Shown here piece by piece: positions 53,101 to 57,321 of a DNA stretch of 57,321 nt. Numbering within the stretch: position 1 is the stretch's first letter; the number at the start of each line of letters is the position of its first letter. Source of the DNA: Verrucomicrobiales bacterium (GTDB taxonomy: Bacteria; Verrucomicrobiota; Verrucomicrobiia; Limisphaerales; SXTU01); assembly GCA_005791875.1 (NCBI GenBank), contig SXTU01000167.1:1-57321 (forward strand). The letters run 5' to 3'. Under the pieces are notes generated by a model that worked only from the letters and a program-made list of their open reading frames with translations, had not been told where the DNA came from and searched no databases. The translations under genes and the position numbers were made by a program.

Positions 53101-54125
53101 ATGCCTGGCTGGCCTTCGGGCGGTTCGACCCGGCGCTGCCCGAGCTGGCCTTGAACGACACGCAGGGGATCGCCGCCCGGCAGCAGGCCGGCGCGGACCT
53201 CGCGCGGTCGCTCGGGGTCGCGTCGCTGGAGCCTGCCGTGGCGAAGCTGTTCGTCGAGACGAAGGACACGCCCGTGCGCGCCGCCGCCGGGCGCGCGTGG
53301 TTCGCGCTGAACGCCCCCGCCGCGATGCCGCAGCTCGCCGCGCTCGTGCGCGATGCCGCGCAGCCCGAGCCCTTGCGCGGCGAACTCGCGGCGCAACTCG
53401 CCGAGTCTGCGGACGCGCGCGGCCTCGCCGTGGTCGTGTCCGCGCTGACGAATGCGCCGACGCGCTTGCAGCGCCGCTTCGCCACCGCGCTCGCCAGCAC
53501 AGCGCCGGGAACCGAGCAGCTTCTCGCCGCAGCAGAGGCGGGTCGCGTCCCGGCGCGGATCTTGCAGGACCGCACCTTGACAGACCGTCTCCGCGCCAGC
53601 TCCGCGCGCGATGCGAGGGTGCGCTTGGCCGCGCTAGTGAAGAACCTTCCTCCTGCCGACGCGCAGTTGCAGAAGTTGATTGAAGCCAAGCGCAACAACT
53701 TCGATGCGAAGCAGGCCAGCGCCGTGCGCGGGGTGGAAGTTTTCACGAAGGCGTGCGCGCTGTGCCATCAACTGGAGGGCAAGGGCGCGCTCGTGGGGCC
53801 GCAGCTCGACGGCATCGGCGGGCGCGGCGTGGAACGGCTGCTCGAAGACATCCTCGACCCGAACCGCAACGTGGACACGGCGTTCCGCGCGACGGTCTTT
53901 GTGCTCCGGGACGGCGAGAGCGTGAGCGGCCTCTTCCGCCGCGAGGAAGGCGCGACGCTCGTGTATGCGCTGGCGAACGGCCAGGAGGCCCGCGTGCCCA
54001 AGGCGGACGTGAAGGAACGCCGCGAGACGGAGACATCGTTGATGCCGTCGAATTTCCACGAGGCGCTCACGGCGGTGGAGCTCAATGATTTGCTGGCGTT
54101 CCTGCTGGGCAAGACGGGGAAGTGA
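50103..54125 (+). CDS. PVC-type heme-binding CxxCH protein (propeller + HEAT + cytochrome c)
   Basis: LPDGFKIQLVAAEP, DTDGDGVAD, FRPVD...GPDGAL, RGRIWR, CALCH, GPQLDG, SLMP. Confidence 0.92.
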   Translation: MKPQRLSLLLLLLALAAPASAAEAPKLFTEGVRTADPLSPEEQRLKFHLPDGFKIQLVAAEPDLRKPMNMAFDSAGRLWVTESREYPFAATNAALARDTIRIFSDFDDNGRARKVTTFATNLNIPIGVYPFRSPSSRRGKEADPAQNNPNRLLTSAATNLTWKCIAWSIPNIWLFEDTDGDGVADKQEKLYGPFDFTRDTHGNQASFRRGLDGWIYATHGFNNQSRVSGTDGHEISLPSGNVYRFRLDGSRIEHWTHGQVNPFGLTFDPLGNLYSADCHSSPIYQLLRGAHYPSFGRPHDGLGFGPTTIQHTHHSTAICGITHISDPSWPAEFQGNLFIGNVMTSRINRDQLEWRGSTSVGKEMPDFLSTDDPWFRPVDLQFGPDGALWVADFYNRIIGHYEVPLLHPARDRERGRIWRIVPPGGADVRKLKLVRDEKSETPHVLPYSRDALLNEFLGQNPTRRALAREELALLPNANDHGLITQAAQGLWHFRQADDREGLMTSCLWLLQRDGKLDDKTLLGALQDRDEPIRVHALRILAERGLRTAARSSLAPSGGEGRGEGARGSVGTGLPTNASSPSPPTGERAGVRRQAADNSKSPSPAVAPPPHPQSLSPVGGEGGLLVAVRAALADPSAHVQRAAADALAANPHADNLAPLLALQKRVPAQDTHLAHVVRLALREQLRLPGAFMKLSGETIPLADARAFAAVATSLTNAEAAAFLVRHVETHSEPADVLARYVTHAARYAPDADLPKLAALGRQQFAADLDTQATLFKAMFDGQAARRAGDFQSPSAPSSTSNALRPDLLAWGTDLASQLLAPAANAATWTYVPLNPAQPGRNPFAFEERTSADGQKTRLMSSLPHGETLTGVLRSPVFVLPKQLSFYLCGHDGVPQQPAGKKNFVRLRLATSSPSPSLGERAGVRGQSVPVPKNTPSPTPPPPPHPQSLSLTGDEGGQSGRVLREAFPPLNDTARLVTWDLAEFAGQRGILEVTDGDNGDAYAWLAFGRFDPALPELALNDTQGIAARQQAGADLARSLGVASLEPAVAKLFVETKDTPVRAAAGRAWFALNAPAAMPQLAALVRDAAQPEPLRGELAAQLAESADARGLAVVVSALTNAPTRLQRRFATALASTAPGTEQLLAAAEAGRVPARILQDRTLTDRLRASSARDARVRLAALVKNLPPADAQLQKLIEAKRNNFDAKQASAVRGVEVFTKACALCHQLEGKGALVGPQLDGIGGRGVERLLEDILDPNRNVDTAFRATVFVLRDGESVSGLFRREEGATLVYALANGQEARVPKADVKERRETETSLMPSNFHEALTAVELNDLLAFLLGKTGK
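50506..50575. repeat. Family A GTAG REP doublet in frame
   Basis: gtagccgccgaggtaaggaggcgg ... ccgcctcctcacctcggcggctac; arms near-identical to 29882-30138. Confidence 0.9.
51372..51443. repeat. Family A REP doublet (72 bp) in frame
   Basis: ggaggagccgacgtgcggaagctc ... gagactcctcacgtcctcccctac; similar to 19623-19714. Confidence 0.75.
51752..51967. repeat. Hairpin elements of the ggggagagggccggggtgaggg family, in frame
   Basis: Two left arms and one right arm encoding about 72 aa (SSLAPSGGEGRGEG...PPPHPQSLSPVGGEGG). Confidence 0.85.
52829..52966. repeat. Second in-frame copy of the same hairpin element
   Basis: Encodes SSPSPSLGERAGVRG...PPPHPQSLSLTGDEGG, in the same frame as 51833-51967. 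Confidence 0.85.
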
Positions 54126-54140
54126 GCAAGCAGCCCGACT

Positions 54141-54344
54141 TCACGACGCGGTGGCACGCTCTCCTTCTCTCTTCCTCGGAGGAGGGGAGAAGGTGGCCGC
54201 AGGCCGGATGAGGGGTGAGGCCGCCAGCGCCGACGCACGTAACCCCTCACCCCAACCCTCTCCCCTCCTCCGAGGAAGGGAGAGGGAGAAGGTGCGCATC
54301 GTGGTCTCGGCTGCTTTACGAAGTCTCATTCCGGAATCGCATCA
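54141..54344. mobile_element. 240-bp element, copy 3, left end missing
   Basis: Core 54161-54290 nearly identical to 918-1042; right end gaatcgcatca contains the BatA gene stop. Confidence 0.75.
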
Positions 54345-56357
54345 GACCACATCCACCAGCTCGCGTCCGCGTCCGGCAGACACGTCGAGCGGGTCGGCGG
54401 TGGCGGGCTTCTTGTTGGGCAGCACTAGCCACGCTTCGAGGAAGAGGAGGGCGAGCATGCCGATGAGGAAGAGGCGCCAGATTTCCCCCTGCAAGGCGTC
54501 GCTGCGCGCGGTGCGTTCTTGGAGGAGTTGCAACGGCAGTGTGCCGAGGAGGTTCTTCGCGGCGGCGGGTTCTAGGAGGGAGCGGTCGTCTTCGGCGCTC
54601 GGGCGGTTGACGGCGAGGAGGCGTTCGCCGGCGCGATAGATGCCGGCGTTGAAGGCGATGTTCTTGCCGGTGGAGCCGTCGGCGGAGGTCCATTGCTTCA
54701 CGCGGTCGAGGGTGCTGAGTTCGCCGCACGCGATCATGGTCTCCTGGTTCAACCGGCGCGCGCCTGTTTGCAGGAGGCGTTGCAACATCGGCACGAGGAC
54801 GGGGCCGTCGCCGAGGGTGGACCAATCATCGTGCGGGACGGTGGCGCAGAAGAAGAACTGGCCCTTGCCCAGCGCGCGGCGGGTGAGCAGCGGCGAGCCG
54901 TCGGCGAACGAAGCGAGCGCGGTGGGTTCGCCTGTGATGAGTTGGCGGCGCGCGATGTCGAGGTCGGCGAGCGGGAGGCTCAGGCCTTCGTCGGTCTTCG
55001 CGAGCGGGCCTTCCTGCTGCTCCCACTTGGCGACCTTGAACGGCTTGTCGGCGGACGCGGGCTGCGCGTCGGCCCAGCCGAGGCCGAGGAATTTCCCCGT
55101 GTCCACGCGGCCGGGCGGAAGGAAGAGCACGGCGCCGCCCTCCTCGATGAAGCCGCGCAGGCGTTTCTCGCCGGCGGCGTCGGGCAGCGGCGCGTGCCAG
55201 ATGAGGAGCGTGGCGTCGGAGCCAGTGCGCTCGGCGAAGGCGGCGGGCGTGAGCACCTCGGCGGGCTGGCGCGTGGCGGGGGAAAGCGCGGCGAGTTGGG
55301 CGTTGCGAATGAGCGCGGGCTGGTCGCTCACGACGGTGGCGCGGAGCGCGGAGTCGGAGCCGAAGACGAAGTAAGCAGCGTTGTCGCGGGCGTTGGCGTC
55401 GGCGGGAAGTTCGAGCGCGCCCCAGCCAAGACCCTTCGCCGCGCCGAGGTCCACCTTGTGCCGCCAACGCAGCGCTGCGCCGTCCATGTCGAGTTCGGTC
55501 TGCGACTTGACGCCGTTCAGAGTGAGCGCGAGCGGGAAGCGTGCGGGGCTGCTGCCGGCGGGGGCGTTGCGGGCGAGGTCGAGCGCGAGGTTCAGCTCCG
55601 CGCCGTCCGGGCGGGCGCGACGAAAGACCTCGGCGAGCGTGGCGGAGGTGTTCGGTTCGCGGTCGTCATCGAAGGCGAGGAGGCGCACGCGGATGCCTTG
55701 GGGGAGCTTGCCGAGCTGGGCGGTGACGCTTTTCCAGCGCTCGTCGTCGGGCAGCCAGTTGCTGCGCTGAAGGTCCGAGGCAAGCCAGAGTTCGGCGGCC
55801 CCGGCGCGGTTCTCGACGAGCCAGTTGTGCGCGAGTTGAAGCAGGGTTGGCAAATCCGCGGCGGTGTCGGTGGGGCCGGTGAGCGTGGGTTCGAGGAGGG
55901 ATTTTGCGTTCGCGAGTTGCTGCGGGATGCGCGTGGCGGAGTCGAGCAGGACGAGGTGGGACTTGTCCTGAAATTCGCGCGCGGCCTCGGCGAGGAGTTT
56001 CACGGCTTGCTCGCGCTTGGTCACGGTCTGCCCGGCGAGGCGCGATTCCATGCTGGCCGAGCGGTCGAGCACGATGACGATGACATCGGGCGCGGGCGAG
56101 AGCGTCCAGCCGAGCCAGCCGCCGGCGAGCGGGCGCGCGATGAAGAGCACGAGCGCGAGAACGGCGAGCGTGCGGAAGAGCAGGACGAGCCACTGGCGGA
56201 GCTTGGCGTGGCTGGTGGAGGCGCGCGTGGCCTGGAGCAGGAACATCATCGCCGCCCACGGCTGCGGCTTGTGGCGCAGGCGGTTGATGAGGTGGATGAT
56301 GACCGGCACCAAGACCAGCGGCAGGCCCCAGAGGAGGAAGGGTTGGAGGAAGGTCAT
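54342..56357 (-). CDS. BatA/VWA domain membrane protein
   Basis: MTFLQP...VPVIIHL, WAAMMFL, ARP, LDRSASM, ASD, C-terminal TM. Confidence 0.88.
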   Translation of the reverse strand: MTFLQPFLLWGLPLVLVPVIIHLINRLRHKPQPWAAMMFLLQATRASTSHAKLRQWLVLLFRTLAVLALVLFIARPLAGGWLGWTLSPAPDVIVIVLDRSASMESRLAGQTVTKREQAVKLLAEAAREFQDKSHLVLLDSATRIPQQLANAKSLLEPTLTGPTDTAADLPTLLQLAHNWLVENRAGAAELWLASDLQRSNWLPDDERWKSVTAQLGKLPQGIRVRLLAFDDDREPNTSATLAEVFRRARPDGAELNLALDLARNAPAGSSPARFPLALTLNGVKSQTELDMDGAALRWRHKVDLGAAKGLGWGALELPADANARDNAAYFVFGSDSALRATVVSDQPALIRNAQLAALSPATRQPAEVLTPAAFAERTGSDATLLIWHAPLPDAAGEKRLRGFIEEGGAVLFLPPGRVDTGKFLGLGWADAQPASADKPFKVAKWEQQEGPLAKTDEGLSLPLADLDIARRQLITGEPTALASFADGSPLLTRRALGKGQFFFCATVPHDDWSTLGDGPVLVPMLQRLLQTGARRLNQETMIACGELSTLDRVKQWTSADGSTGKNIAFNAGIYRAGERLLAVNRPSAEDDRSLLEPAAAKNLLGTLPLQLLQERTARSDALQGEIWRLFLIGMLALLFLEAWLVLPNKKPATADPLDVSAGRGRELVDVV

Positions 56358-56369
56358 CGCTCGGTGCGC

Positions 56370-57281
56370 TCAGTGTGCGCCGACTTGTTGCGCACGCTCG
56401 TTGAGGAAGTCGGCCAGCACTTTGCCGGGTTCCTGGTCGGTGACGACTTCGCGGTAGTCGGCGTTGAATTCGAGGCAGGCCTGGCGGAGGCGGGCGCGGT
56501 GGGCGTCGAAGGCGCGGAGGTATTCGTCGCGCACCATCGCCGGCTCCGTCACGAGGCTGAAGGGGCTTTCCAAATCCTGGAAGCGCAGCGGGCGGTCGAA
56601 CTTGAACTCCATCTCCATCCGGTCCAGCAGGTGGAACACGGCGAGGTCGTGCTTCTGGAACCGCAGGTGTTGCAGGCAGCCGAGCAACGGCTCCAGCTCG
56701 CAGAAGAAGTCGGAGAACACGATGACCAATGCGCGACGGCGGATTTTCTCGGCGAGGTCGTGGAGCGCGCGGAGGATGGTGGTGGGGCCGCGCGGTTCGA
56801 GGATTTCGAGGGCGTTGAGGATTTCCTGGAGGTGCGCGGGGTTGCGCCGGGGCGGGAGTTCGGGCGTGGCGTTCTCGCCCACGCAGTAGAGGCCGGCGGC
56901 GTCGCCTTGCTGGACGGCGAGGTAGGCGAGCGTGCCGGCAAGCTGGCGGGCGAAGGCGAACTTGCTCGGGCCGGACTTGCCCGCGAAGGCCATCGAGGCG
57001 CTGGCGTCGAGGATGAGGCAGCAGCGGAGGTTCGTGTCCGCCTCGAACTCCTTCATGTAGTAGCGGTCAGTGCGACCCAACACGCGCCAGTCGAGGCGGC
57101 GGAGGTCGTCGCCTGGCACGTAGCTGCGATATTCGGCGAACTCGACGCTGGAGCCGCGGTGCGGGCTTTTGTGGTGGCCGGAGACGCTGCCCTCCATCGC
57201 GAAGCGCGACACCAGCGGCAGGTGCGCGAGCTGCGCGAGCACCTGCGGGTCGAGGAAGGAGTGGGGCTTCTCCTCAGCCAC
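56370..57281 (-). CDS. DUF58 protein (MoxR-associated VWA)
   Basis: GSSVEFAEYRSYVPGDDLRRLDW, LDASASM, FSDF. Confidence 0.93.
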   Translation of the reverse strand: MAEEKPHSFLDPQVLAQLAHLPLVSRFAMEGSVSGHHKSPHRGSSVEFAEYRSYVPGDDLRRLDWRVLGRTDRYYMKEFEADTNLRCCLILDASASMAFAGKSGPSKFAFARQLAGTLAYLAVQQGDAAGLYCVGENATPELPPRRNPAHLQEILNALEILEPRGPTTILRALHDLAEKIRRRALVIVFSDFFCELEPLLGCLQHLRFQKHDLAVFHLLDRMEMEFKFDRPLRFQDLESPFSLVTEPAMVRDEYLRAFDAHRARLRQACLEFNADYREVVTDQEPGKVLADFLNERAQQVGAH

Positions 57282-57321
57282 GTTTTACTTCCTTCCCTCG
57301 CAATTCCCCCAGCAGCCGCTC
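57274..57321 (-). CDS. 3' end of the upstream gene, probably a MoxR AAA+ ATPase
   Basis: ERLLGELRGKEVKRG-stop overlapping the DUF58 start; identity inferred only from the usual MoxR-DUF58-BatA order. Confidence 0.35.
   Translation of the reverse strand, partial: ERLLGELRGKEVKRG

Overview
GC-rich (roughly two-thirds G+C by eye) bacterial chromosome segment, most likely Verrucomicrobiota (PVC superphylum), judging from PSD1/DUF1553 cytochrome proteins, DUF1501, DUF1080, a PVC-type CxxCH protein and an H-X9-DG prepilin-like gene. It holds about 50 genes: housekeeping clusters (coaD-yceD-rpmF-plsX; rpsP-khpA-trmD-rplS), sugar, cofactor and detoxification enzymes, and a DUF58-BatA locus. There are three interrupted genes and two low-GC accessory patches. 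I found no rRNA, tRNA, CRISPR array or transposase. The most striking feature is a dense, multi-family population of non-autonomous palindromic elements: GTAG/GTGA REP doublets, a 240-bp MITE-like element, 9-mer and hexamer inverted repeats, and 7-mer tandem arms. They nest inside each other, sit on or supply stop codons, and occur in frame inside at least six apparently intact genes. One gene carries about five such inserts, and two PSD1 paralogues carry different inserts in the same two loops. All product calls rest on motif recognition, not database searches.
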